In this document: positions 25,801 through 38,600 of the stretch, one piece after another
Position numbering within the stretch: position 1 is the stretch's first letter
How the letters are laid out: each line of letters opens with the position of its first letter
DNA from: the human T2T-CHM13v2.0 reference genome, Homo sapiens
Assembly (NCBI RefSeq): GCF_009914755.1
Contig: NC_060947.1
Direction: 5' to 3' (one strand)
DNA: 64,000 nt
Notes under the pieces: model-generated
What the model was told of the DNA's origin: nothing
What the model saw: the letters and a program-made list of their open reading frames with translations, nothing else
Databases searched by the model: none
Translations under genes and position numbers: made by a program

Positions 25801-28800
25801 ACGAAATCTTCAAAGAGGTCCAAATATCCCCTTGCGGATCCCACAGAAAGAGTGTTTCGAAACTGCTGTTTCAAAAGGAGTCTTCAACTCTGTGAGTTGA
25901 ATGCAATCATCACAAAGAGGTTTCTGACAATGCTTCTCTCTCGTCTTTCTGTGAAGATAAAGGAAAAGGCTTTCAGGCCTTTTCCACCACAGGCCTGAAA
26001 GCGCTCCAAATGTCCACTTGCAGATTCTGCCAAAAGAATATTTCAAAACTGCTCTATGAAAAGCAATGTTAAACTCTGCGGCTCGAACACAAACATCACA
26101 AAGCAGTTTCTGAGAATGCTTCAGTTTAGTTTTTCTGTGGAAATATTCCCGTTTCCAAAGAAATCTTCAAAGAGGTCCACGTATCCACTTACAGATTCTA
26201 CAAAAAGACAGTTTCAAAACTGCTCCATCAAAAGGAGGGTTCAACTGTGTGACTTGAATGCAATCATCACTCAGAACTTTCTGAGAATGCTTCTCCTTAG
26301 TTTTTACATGAACATATACCCGTTTTGAACGAAGGCCACCCAGTGGTCCAAATATCCACTTGCAGATTCTACAGAAAGAGTGTTTCGAACCTGAACTCTC
26401 AAAGGCAGGTTCATCTCTGCGAGTTAAATGCATTCGTCATGAAGAACTTTCTCAGCGTGTTTGTGTTTAGTTATGGGAAATTATTCCCGTTCCCAACGAA
26501 ATCCTCAGAGAGGTCCAAATGTCCACCTGCAGATTCTACCAAAAGTGTATTTGGAAACTGCTCCATCAACAGGCATGTTCAGCTCTGTGAGTGAAACTCC
26601 ATCATCACAAAGAATATTCTGAGAATGCTTCCGTTTGCCTTTTATATGAAGTTCCTTCCTATACGACCGTAGGCCTCAAAGCAGTCCAAATCTCCATTTG
26701 CAGATTCTACAAAAAGAGTGATTCCAATCTGCTGTATCAATAGGATTCTTCAACTCCATGAGTTGAATGCCATCCTCACAAAGTCGTTTCTGAGAATGCT
26801 TCTATCTAGTTTTTATGTGAAGATATTTCCTTTTCCACCACAGGCCTCAAAGCCCTCCAAACGTCCACTTGCAGATTCTCGAAAAAGAGTGTTTCATAGC
26901 TGCTCTTTCAAAAGGAAAGTTCAACTCTGGGAGTTGAATACAAACATCACAAAGTAGTTTCAGAGAATGCTTCTGTTTAGTTCTCATGTGAAGATGATCC
27001 CGTTTCCAGTGAAATCTTCAAAGAGGTCCACATATCCCCTTGCAGATTCCAAAGAAAGAGGGTTTCAAAACTGCTCCATCAAAAGGATTGTTCAACTCTG
27101 TGAGTTGAATGCCGTCATCACAGAAAACTTTCTGAGAATGCTTCTGTCTAGGTTTGATGTGAAGATATAGACGTTTCAAACGAAGGCTACAAAGTGGTCA
27201 AAATATACACTTGTAGATTCTACTACAAGGGTGTTGCAAACCTGAACTATCAAAGGAAGGTTCAACTCTGTGAGTTGAATACAAACATCGCAAAGAATGC
27301 TCTGAGTTTGCTTCCGTTCAGTTATGGGAAGTTGATCCCGTTCCCAACGAAATCCTCAGAGAGGTCCAAATATCCCCTTGCAGATTCTACAAAACGTGTG
27401 TTTGGAAACTGCTCCATCATAACGAATGTTCAGCTCTCTGAGTTAAACTCAATCGTCACAAAGAATTTTCTGAGAGTGCTACCGTCTAGTTTTTATATGA
27501 AGTTCTTTCCTTTACTACCACAGGCCTCAAAGCGGTCCAAATCTCCACTTGCAGATTCTACAAAAAGAGTGTCTGCAAACTGCTCTATCAAAAGGAATGT
27601 TCAACTCTGGGAGTTGAATGCAATCATCACAGAGCAGTTTCTGAGAATGCTTCTATGTCGTTTTTAGGAGAAGATATTTCCTTTTCCAACACAGTCCTCC
27701 AAGCCCGCTAAATATCCACTTGCACATTGTAGAAAAAGTGTGTCAAAGCTGCGCTATCAAAGGGAAAGTTCAACTCTGTGAGGTGAATGCAAACATCCCA
27801 AAGAAGTTTCTGAGAATGCTTCCGTTTAGCTTTTAGGTGAAGATTATCCCGTTTGCAACGAAATCTTCAAAGAGGTCCAAATATCCCCTTGCGGATCCCA
27901 CAGAAAGAGTGTTTCGAAACTGCTGTTTCAAAAGGAATCTTCAACTCTGTGAGTTGAATGCAATCATCACAAAGAAGTTTCTGACAATGCTTCTCTCTCG
28001 TCTTTCTGTGAAGATAAAGGAAAAGGCTTTCAGGCCTTTTCCACCACAGGCCTGAAAGCGCTCCAAATGTCCACTTGCAGATTCTGCCAAAAGAATATTT
28101 CAAAACTGCTCTATGAAAAGCAATGTTAAACTCTGCGGCTCGAACACAAACATTACAAAGCAGTTTCTGAGAATGCTTCAGTTTAGTTTTTCTGTGGAAA
28201 TATTCCCGTTTCCAAAGAAATCTTCAAAGAGGTCCACGTATCCACTTACAGATTCTACAAAAAGACAGTTTCAAAACTGCTCAATCAAAAGGAGGGTTCA
28301 ACTGTGTGACTTGAATGCAATCATCACTCAGAAGTTTCTGAGAATGCTTCTCTTTAGTTTTTACGTGAACATATACCCGTTTCGAACGAAGGCCACCCAG
28401 TGGTCCAAATATCCACTTGCAGATTCTACAGAAAGAGTGTTTCGAACCTGAACTCTCAAAGGCAGGTTCATCTCTGCGAGTTAAATGCATTCGTCATGAA
28501 GAACTTTCTCAGCGTGTTTGTGTTTAGTTATGGGAAATTATTCCCGTTCCCAACGAAATCCTCAGAGAGGTCCAAATGTCCACCTGCAGATTCTACCAAA
28601 AGTGTATTTGGAAACTGCTCCATCAACAGGAATGTTCAGCTCTGTGAGTGAAACTCCATCATCACAAAGAATATTCTGAGAATGCTTCCGTTTGCCTTTT
28701 ATATGAAGTTCCTTCCTATACGACCGTAGGCCTCAAAGCAGTCCAAATCTCCATTTGCAGATTCTACAAAAAGAGTGATTCCAATCTGCTGTATCAATAG

Positions 28801-29699
28801 GATTCTTCAACTCCATGAGTTGAATGCCATCCTCACAAAGTCGTTTCTGAGAATGCTTCTATCTAGTTTTTATGTGAAGATATTTCCTTTTCCACCACAG
28901 GCCTCAAAGCCCTCCAAACGTCCACTTGCAGATTCTCGAAAAAGAGTGTTTCATAGCTGCTCTTTCAAAAGGAAAGTTCAACTCTGGGAGTTGAATACAA
29001 ACATCACAAAGTAGTTTCAGAGAATGCTTCTGTTTAGTTCTTATGTGAAGATGATCCCGTTTCCAGTGAAATCTCCAAAGAGGTCCACATATCCCCTTGC
29101 AGATTCCAAAGAAAGAGGGTTTCAAAACTGCTCCATCAAAAGGATTGTTCAACTCTGTGAGTTGAATGCAGTCATCGCAGAAAACTTTCTGAGAATGCTT
29201 CTGTCTAGGTTTGATGTGAAGATATAGACGTTTCAAACGAAGGCTACAAAGTGGTCAAAATATACACTTGCAGATTCTACTACAAGGGTGTTGCAAACCT
29301 GAACTATCAAAGGAAGGTTCAACTCTGTGAGTTGAATACAAACATCGCAAAGAATGCTCTGAGTTTGCTTCCGTTCAGTTATGGGAAGTTGATCCCGTTC
29401 CCAACGAAATCCTCAGAGAGGTCCAAATATCCCCTTGCAGATTCTACAAAACGTGTGTTTGGAAACTGCTCCATCATAACGAATGTTCAGCTCTCTGAGT
29501 TAAACTCCATCGTTACAAAGAATTTTCTGAGAGTGCTACCGTCTAGTTTTTATATGAAGTTCTTTCCTTTACTACCACAGGCCTCAAAGCGGTCCAAATA
29601 TCCACTTGCAGATTCTACAAAAAGAGTGTCTGCAAACTGCTCTATCAAAAGGAATGTTCAACTCTGGGAGTTGAATGCAATCATCACAGAGCAGTTTCT

Positions 29700-32600
29700 G
29701 AGAATGCTTCTATGTCGTTTTTAGGAGAAGATATTTCCTTTTCCAACACAGTCCTCCAAGCCCGCTAAATATCCACTTGCACATTGTAGAAAAAGTGTGT
29801 CGAAGCTGCGCTATCAAAGGGAAAGTTCAACTCTGTGAGGTGAATGCAAACATCCCAAAGAAGTTTCTGAGAATGCTTCCGTTTAGCTTTTAGGTGAAGA
29901 TTATCCCGTTTGCAACGAAATCTTCAAAGAGGTCCAAATATCCCCTTGCGGATCCCACAGAAAGAGTGTTTCGAAACTGCTGTTTCAAAAGGAATCTTCA
30001 ACTCTGTGAGTTGAATGCAATCATCACAAAGAAGTTTCTGACAATGCTTCTCTCTCGTCTTTCTGTGAAGATAAAGGAAAAGGCTTTCAGGCCTTTTCCA
30101 CCACAGGCCTGAAAGCGCTCCAAATGTCCACTTGCAGATTCTGCCAAAAGAATATTTCAAAACTGCTCTATGAAAAGCAATGTTAAACTCTGTGGCTCGA
30201 ACACAAACATCACAAAGCAGTTTCTGAGAATGCTTCAGTTTAGTTTTTCTGTGGAAATATTCCCGTTTCCAAAGAAATCTTCAAAGAGGTCCACGTATCC
30301 ACTTACAGATTCTACAAAAAGACAGTTTCAAAACTGCTCAATCAAAAGAAGGGTTCAACTGTGTGACTTGAATGCAATCATCACTCAGAACTTTCTGAGA
30401 ATGCTTCTCTTTAGTTTTTACGTGAACATATACCCGTTTCGAACGAAGGCCACCCAGTGGTCCAAATATCCACTTACAGATTCTACAGAAAGAGTGTTTC
30501 GAACCTGAACTCTCAAAGGCAGGTTCATCTCTGCGAGTTAAATGCATTCGTCATGAAGAACTTTCTCAGCGTGTTTGTGTTTAGTTATGGGAAATTATTC
30601 CCGTTCCCAACGAAATCCTCAGAGAGGTCCAAATGTCCACCTGCAGATTCTACCAAAAGTGTATTTGGAAACTGCTCCATCAACAGGAATGTTCAGCTCC
30701 GTGAGTGAAACTCCATCATCACAAAGAATATTCTGAGAATGCTTCCGTTTGCCTTTTATATGAAGTTCCTTCCTATACGACCGTAGGCCTCAAAGCAGTC
30801 CAAATCTCCATTTGCAGATTCTACAAAAAGAGTGATTCCAATCTGCTCTATCAATAGGATTGTTCAACTCCATGAGTTGAATGCCATCCTCACAAAGTCG
30901 TTTCTGAGAATGCTTCTATCTAGTTTTTATGTGAAGATATTTCCTTTTCCACCACAGGCCTCAAAGCCCTCCAAACGTCCACTTGCAGATTCTCGAAAAA
31001 GAGTGTTTCATAGCTGCTCTTTCAAAAGGAAAGTTCAACTCTGGGAGTTGAATACAAACATCACAAAGTAGTTTCCGAGAATGCTTCTGTTTAGTTCTTA
31101 TGTGAAGATGATCCCGTTTCCAGTGAAATCTCCAAAGAGGTCCACATATCCCCTTGCAGATTCCAAAGAAAGAGGGTTTCAAAACTGCTCCATCAAAAGG
31201 ATTGTTCAACTCTGTGAGTTGAATGCAGTCATCGCAGAAAACTTTCTGAGAATGCTTCTGTCTAGGTTTGATGTGAAGATATAGACGTTTCAAACGAAGG
31301 CTACAAAGTGGTCAAAATATACACTTGCAGATTCTACAACAAGGGTGTTGCAAACCTGAACTATCAAAGGAAGGTTCAACTCTGTGGGTTGAATACAAAC
31401 ATCGCAAAGAATGTTCTGAGTTTGCTTCCGTTCAGTTATGGGAGGTTGATCCCGTTTCCAACGAAATCCTCAGAGAGGTCCAAATATCCCCTTGCAGATT
31501 TTACAAAACGTGTGTTTGGAAACTGCTCCATCATAACGAATGTTCAGCTCCCTGAGTTAAACTCCATCGTCACAAAGAATTTTCTGAGAGTGCTACCGTC
31601 TAGTTTTTATATGAAGTTCTTTCCTTTACTACCACAGGCCTCAAAGCGGTCCAAATCTCCACTTGCAGATTCTACAAAAAGAGTGTCTGCAAACTGCTCT
31701 ATCAAAAGGAATGTTCAACTCTGGGAGTTGAATGCAATCATCACAGAGCAGATTCTGAGAATGCTTCTATGTCGTTTTTAGGAGAAGATATTTCCTTTTC
31801 CAACACAGTCCTCCAAGCCCGCTAAATATCCACTTGCACATTGTAGAAAAAGTGTGTCGAAGCTGCGCTATCAAAGGGAAAGTTCAACTCTGTGAGGTGA
31901 ATGCAAACATCCCAAAGAAGTTTCTGAGAATGCTTCCGTTTAGCTTTTAGGTGAAGATTATCCCGTTTGCAACGAAATCTTCAAAGAGGTCCAAATATCC
32001 CCTTGCGGATCCCACAGAAAGAGTGTTTCGAAACTGCTGTTTCAAAAGGAATCTTCAACTCTGTGAGTTGAATGCAATCATCACAAAGAAGTTTCTGACA
32101 ATGCTTCTCTCTCGTCTTTCTGTGAAGATAAAGGAAAAGGCTTTCAGGCCTTTTCCACCACAGGCCTGAAAGCGCTCCAAATGTCCACTTGCAGATTCTG
32201 CCAAAAGAATATTTCAAAACTGCTCTATGAAAAGCAATGTTAAACTCTGTGGCTCGAACACAAACATCACAAAGCAGTTTCTGAGAATGCTTCAGTTTAG
32301 TTTTTCTGTGGAAATATTCCCGTTTCCAAAGAAATCTTCAAAGAGGTCCACGTATCCACTTACAGATTCTACAAAAAGACAGTTTCAAAACTGCTCAATC
32401 AAAAGGAGGGTTCAACTGTGTGACTTGAATGCAATCATCACTCAGAAGTTTCTGAGAATGCTTCTCTTTAGTTTTTACGTGAACATATACCCGTTTCGAA
32501 CGAAGGCCACCAAGTGGTCCAAATATCCACTTGCAGATTCTACAGAAAGAGTGTTTCGAACCTGAACTCTCAAAGGCAGGTTCATCTCTGCGAGTTAAAT

Positions 32601-35600
32601 GCATTCGTCATGAAGAACTTTCTCAGAGTGTTTGTGTTTAGTTATGGGAAATTATTCCCGTTCCCAACAAAATCCTCAGAGAGGTCCAAATGTCCACCTG
32701 CAGATTCTACCAAAAGTGTATTTGGAAACTGCTCCATCAACAGGCATGTTCAGCTCTGTGAGTGAAACTCCATCATCACAAAGAATATTCTGAGAATGCT
32801 TCCGTTTGCCTTTTATATGAAGTTCCTTCCTATACGACCGTAGGCCTCAAAGCAGTCCAAATCTCCATTTGCAGATTCTACAAAAAGAGTGATTCCAATC
32901 TGCTCTATCAATAGGATTGTTCAACTCCATGAGTTGAATGCCATCCTCACAAAGTCGTTTCTGAGAATGCTTCTATCTAGTTTTTATGTGAAGATATTTC
33001 CTTTTCCACCACAGGCCTCAAAGCCCTCCAAACGTCCACTTGCAGATTCTCGAAAAAGAGTGTTTCATAGCTGCTCTTTCAAAAGGAAAGTTCAACTCTG
33101 GGAGTTGAATACAAACATCACAAAGTAGTTTCCGAGAATGCTTCTGTTTAGTTCTTATGTGAAGATGATCCCGTTTCCAGTGAAATCTTCAAAGACGTCC
33201 ACATATCCCCTTGCAGATTCCAAAGAAAGAGGGTTTCAAAACTGCTCCATCAAAAGGATTGTTCAACTCTGTGAGTTGAATGCAGTCATCGCAGAAAACT
33301 TTCTGAGAATGCTTCTGTCTAGGTTTGATGTGAAGATATAGACGTTTCAAACGAAGGCTACAAAGTGGTCAAAATATACACTTGCAGATTCTACTACAAG
33401 GGTGTTGCAAACCTGAACTATCAAAGGAAGGTTCAACTCTGTGAGTTGAATACAAACATCGCAAAGAATGCTCTGAGTTTGCTTCCGTTCAGTTATGGGA
33501 AGTTGATCCCATTCCCAACGAAATCCTCAGAGAGGTCCAAATATCCCCTTGCAGATTCTACAAAACGTGTGTTTGGAAACTGCTCCATCATAAGGAATGT
33601 TCAGCTCTCTGAGTTAAACTCCATCGTCACAAAGAATTTTCTGAGAGTGCTACCGTCTAGTTTTTATATGAAGTTCTTTCCTTTACTACCACAGGCCTCA
33701 AAGCGGTCCAAATCTCCACTTGCAGATTCTACAAAAAGAGTGTCTGCAAACTGCTCTATCAAAAGGAATGTTCAACTCTGGGAGTTGAATGCAATCATCA
33801 CAGAGCAGTTTCTGAGAATGCTTCTATGTCGTTTTTAGGAGAAGATATTTCCTTTTCCAACACAGTCCTCCAAGCCCGCTAAATATCCACTTGCACATTG
33901 TAGAAAAAGTGTGTCGAAGCTGCGCTATCAAAGGGAAAGTTCAACTCTGTGAGGTGAATGCAAACATCCCAAAGAAGTTTCTGAGAATGCTTCCGTTTAG
34001 CTTTTAGGTGAAGATTATCCCGTTTGCAACGAAATCTTCAAAGAGGTCCAAATATCCCCTTGCGGATCCCACAGAAAGAGTGTTTCGAAACTGCTGTTTC
34101 AAAAGGAATCTTCAACTCTGTGAGTTGAATGCAATCATCACAAAGAAGTTTCTGACAATGCTTCTCTCTCGTCTTTCTGTGAAGATAAAGGAAAAGGCTT
34201 TCAGGCCTTTTCCACCACAGGCCTGAAAGCGCTCCAAATGTCCACTTGCAGATTCTGCCAAAAGAATATTTCAAAACTGCTCTATGAAAAGCAATGTTAA
34301 ACTCTGTGGCTCGAACACAAACATCACAAAGCAGTTTCTGAGAATGCTTCAGTTTAGTTTTTCTGTGGAAATATTCCCGTTTCCAAAGAAATCTTCAAAG
34401 AGGTCCACGTATCCACTTACAGATTCTACAAAAAGACAGTTTCAAAACTGCTCAATCAAAAGGAGGGTTCAACTGTGTGACTTGAATGCAATCATCACTC
34501 AGAACTTTCTGAGAATGCTTCTCTTTAGTTTTTACGTGAACATATACCCGTTTCGAACGAAGGCCACCCAGTGGTCCAAATATCCACTTACAGATTCTAC
34601 AGAAAGAGTGTTTCGAACCTGAACTCTCAAAGGCAGGTTCATCTCTGCGAGTTAAATGCATTCGTCATGAAGAACTTTCTCAGCGTGTTTGTGTTTAGTT
34701 ATGGGAAATTATTCCCGTTCCCAACGAAATCCTCAGAGAGGTCCAAATGTCCACCTGCAGATTCTACCAAAAGTGTATTTGGAAACTGCTCCATCAACAG
34801 GAATGTTCAGCTCTGTGAGTGAAACTCCATCATCACAAAGAATATTCTGAGAATGCTTCCGTTTGCCTTTTATATGAAGTTCCTTCCTATACGACCGTAG
34901 GCCTCAAAGCAGTCCAAATCTCCATTTGCAGATTCTACAAAAAGATTGATTCCAATCTGCTCTATCAATAGGATTGTTCAACTCCATGAGTTGAATGCCA
35001 TCCTCACAAAGTCGTTTCTGAGAATGCTTCTATCTAGTTTTTATGTGAAGATATTTCCTTTTCCACCACAGGCCTCAAAGCCCTCCAAACGTCCACTTGC
35101 AGATTCTCGAAAAAGAGTGTTTCATAGCTGCTCTTTCAAAAGGAAAGTTCAACTCTGGGAGTTGAATACAAACATCACAAAGTAGTTTCCGAGAATGCTT
35201 CTGTTTAGTTCTTCTGTGAAGATGATCCCGTTTCCAGTGAAATCTCCAAAGAGGTCCACATATCCCCTTGCAGATTCCAAAGAAAGAGGGTTTCAAAACT
35301 GCTCCATCAAAAGGATTGTTCAACTCTGTGAGTTGAATGCAGTCATCGCAGAAAACTTTCTGAGAATGCTTCTGTCTAGGTTTGATGTGAAGATATAGAC
35401 GTTTCAAACGAAGGCTACAAAGTGGTCAAAATATACACTTGCAGATTCTACAACAAGGGTGTTGCAAACCTGAACTATCAAAGGAAGGTTCAACTCTGTG
35501 GGTTGAATACAAACATCGCAAAGAATGTTCTGAGTTTGCTTCCGTTCAGTTATGGGAGGTTGATCCCGTTTCCAACGAAATCCTCAGAGAGGTCCAAATA

Positions 35601-38600
35601 TCCCCTTGCAGATTTTACAAAACGTGTGTTTGGAAACTGCTCCATCATAACGAATGTTCAGCTCCCTGAGTTAAACTCCATCGTCACAAAGAATTTTCTG
35701 AGAGTGCTACCGTCTAGTTTTTATATGAAGTTCTTTCCTTTACTACCACAGGCCTCAAAGCGGTCCAAATCTCCACTTGCAGATTCTACAAAAAGAGTGT
35801 CTGCAAACTGCTCTATCAAAAGGAATGTTCAACTCTGGGAGTTGAATGCAATCATCACAGAGCAGATTCTGAGAATGCTTCTATGTCGTTTTTAGGAGAA
35901 GATATTTCCTTTTCCAACACAGTCCTCCAAGCCCGCTAAATATCCACTTGCACATTGTAGAAAAAGTGTGTCGAAGCTGCGCTATCAAAGGGAAAGTTCA
36001 ACTCTGTGAGGTGAATGCAAACATCCCAAAGAAGTTTCTGAGAATGCTTCCGTTTAGCTTTTAGGTGAAGATTATCCCGTTTGCAACGAAATCTTCAAAG
36101 AGGTCCAAATATCCCCTTGCGGATCCCACAGAAAGAGTGTTTCGAAACTGCTGTTTCAAAAGGAATCTTCAACTCTGTGAGTTGAATGCAATCATCACAA
36201 AGAAGTTTCTGACAATGCTTCTCTCTCGTCTTTCTGTGAAGATAAAGGAAAAGGCTTTCAGGCCTTTTCCACCACAGGCCTGAAAGCGCTCCAAATGTCC
36301 ACTTGCAGATTCTGCCAAAAGAATATTTCAAAACTGCTCTATGAAAAGCAATGTTAAACTCTGTGGCTCGAACACAAACATCACAAAGCAGTTTCTGAGA
36401 ATGCTTCAGTTTAGTTTTTCTGTGGAAATATTCCCGTTTCCAAAGAAATCTTCAAAGAGGTCCACGTATCCACTTACAGATTCTACAAAAAGACAGTTTC
36501 AAAACTGCTCAATCAAAAGGAGGGTTCAACTGTGTGACTTGAATGCAATCATCACTCAGAAGTTTCTGAGAATGCTTCTCTTTAGTTTTTACGTGAACAT
36601 ATACCCGTTTCGAACGAAGGCCACCAAGTGGTCCAAATATCCACTTGCAGATTCTACAGAAAGAGTGTTTCGAACCTGAACTCTCAAAGGCAGGTTCATC
36701 TCTGCGAGTTAAATGCATTCGTCATGAAGAACTTTCTCAGAGTGTTTGTGTTTAGTTATGGGAAATTATTCCCGTTCCCAACAAAATCCTCAGAGAGGTC
36801 CAAATGTCCACCTGCAGATTCTACCAAAAGTGTATTTGGAAACTGCTCCATCAACAGGCATGTTCAGCTCTGTGAGTGAAACTCCATCATCACAAAGAAT
36901 ATTCTGAGAATGCTTCCGTTTGCCTTTTATATGAAGTTCCTTCCTATACGACCGTAGGCCTCAAAGCAGTCCAAATCTCCATTTGCAGATTCTACAAAAA
37001 GAGTGATTCCAATCTGCTCTATCAATAGGATTGTTCAACTCCATGAGTTGAATGCCATCCTCACAAAGTCGTTTCTGAGAATGCTTCTATCTAGTTTTTA
37101 TGTGAAGATATTTCCTTTTCCACCACAGGCCTCAAAGCCCTCCAAACGTCCACTTGCAGATTCTCGAAAAAGAGTGTTTCATAGCTGCTCTTTCAAAAGG
37201 AAAGTTCAACTCTGGGAGTTGAATACAAACATCACAAAGTAGTTTCCGAGAATGCTTCTGTTTAGTTCTTATGTGAAGATGATCCCGTTTCCAGTGAAAT
37301 CTTCAAAGACGTCCACATATCCCCTTGCAGATTCCAAAGAAAGAGGGTTTCAAAACTGCTCCATCAAAAGGATTGTTCAACTCTGTGAGTTGAATGCAGT
37401 CATCGCAGAAAACTTTCTGAGAATGCTTCTGTCTAGGTTTGATGTGAAGATATAGACGTTTCAAACGAAGGCTACAAAGTGGTCAAAATATACACTTGCA
37501 GATTCTACTACAAGGGTGTTGCAAACCTGAACTATCAAAGGAAGGTTCAACTCTGTGAGTTGAATACAAACATCGCAAAGAATGCTCTGAGTTTGCTTCC
37601 GTTCAGTTATGGGAAGTTGATCCCATTCCCAACGAAATCCTCAGAGAGGTCCAAATATCCCCTTGCAGATTCTACAAAACGTGTGTTTGGAAACTGCTCC
37701 ATCATAAGGAATGTTCAGCTCTCTGAGTTAAACTCCATCGTCACAAAGAATTTTCTGAGAGTGCTACCGTCTAGTTTTTATATGAAGTTCTTTCCTTTAC
37801 TACCACAGGCCTCAAAGCGGTCCAAATCTCCACTTGCAGATTCTACAAAAAGAGTGTCTGCAAACTGCTCTATCAAAAGGAATGTTCAACTCTGGGAGTT
37901 GAATGCAATCATCACAGAGCAGTTTCTGAGAATGCTTCTATGTCGTTTTTAGGAGAAGATATTTCCTTTTCCAACACAGTCCTCCAAGCCCGCTAAATAT
38001 CCACTTGCACATTGTAGAAAAAGTGTGTCGAAGCTGCGCTATCAAAGGGAAAGTTCAACTCTGTGAGGTGAATGCAAACATCCCAAAGAAGTTTCTGAGA
38101 ATGCTTCCGTTTAGCTTTTAGGTGAAGATTATCCCGTTTGCAACGAAATCTTCAAAGAGGTCCAAATATCCCCTTGCGGATCCCACAGAAAGAGTGTTTC
38201 GAAACTGCTGTTTCAAAAGGAATCTTCAACTCTGTGAGTTGAATGCAATCATCACAAAGAAGTTTCTGACAATGCTTCTCTCTCGTCTTTCTGTGAAGAT
38301 AAAGGAAAAGGCTTTCAGGCCTTTTCCACCACAGGCCTGAAAGCGCTCCAAATGTCCACTTGCAGATTCTGCCAAAAGAATATTTCAAAACTGCTCTATG
38401 AAAAGCAATGTTAAACTCTGTGGCTCGAACACAAACATCACAAAGCAGTTTCTGAGAATGCTTCAGTTTAGTTTTTCTGTGGAAATATTCCCGTTTCCAA
38501 AGAAATCTTCAAAGAGGTCCACGTATCCACTTACAGATTCTACAAAAAGACAGTTTCAAAACTGCTCAATCAAAAGGAGGGTTCAACTGTGTGACTTGAA

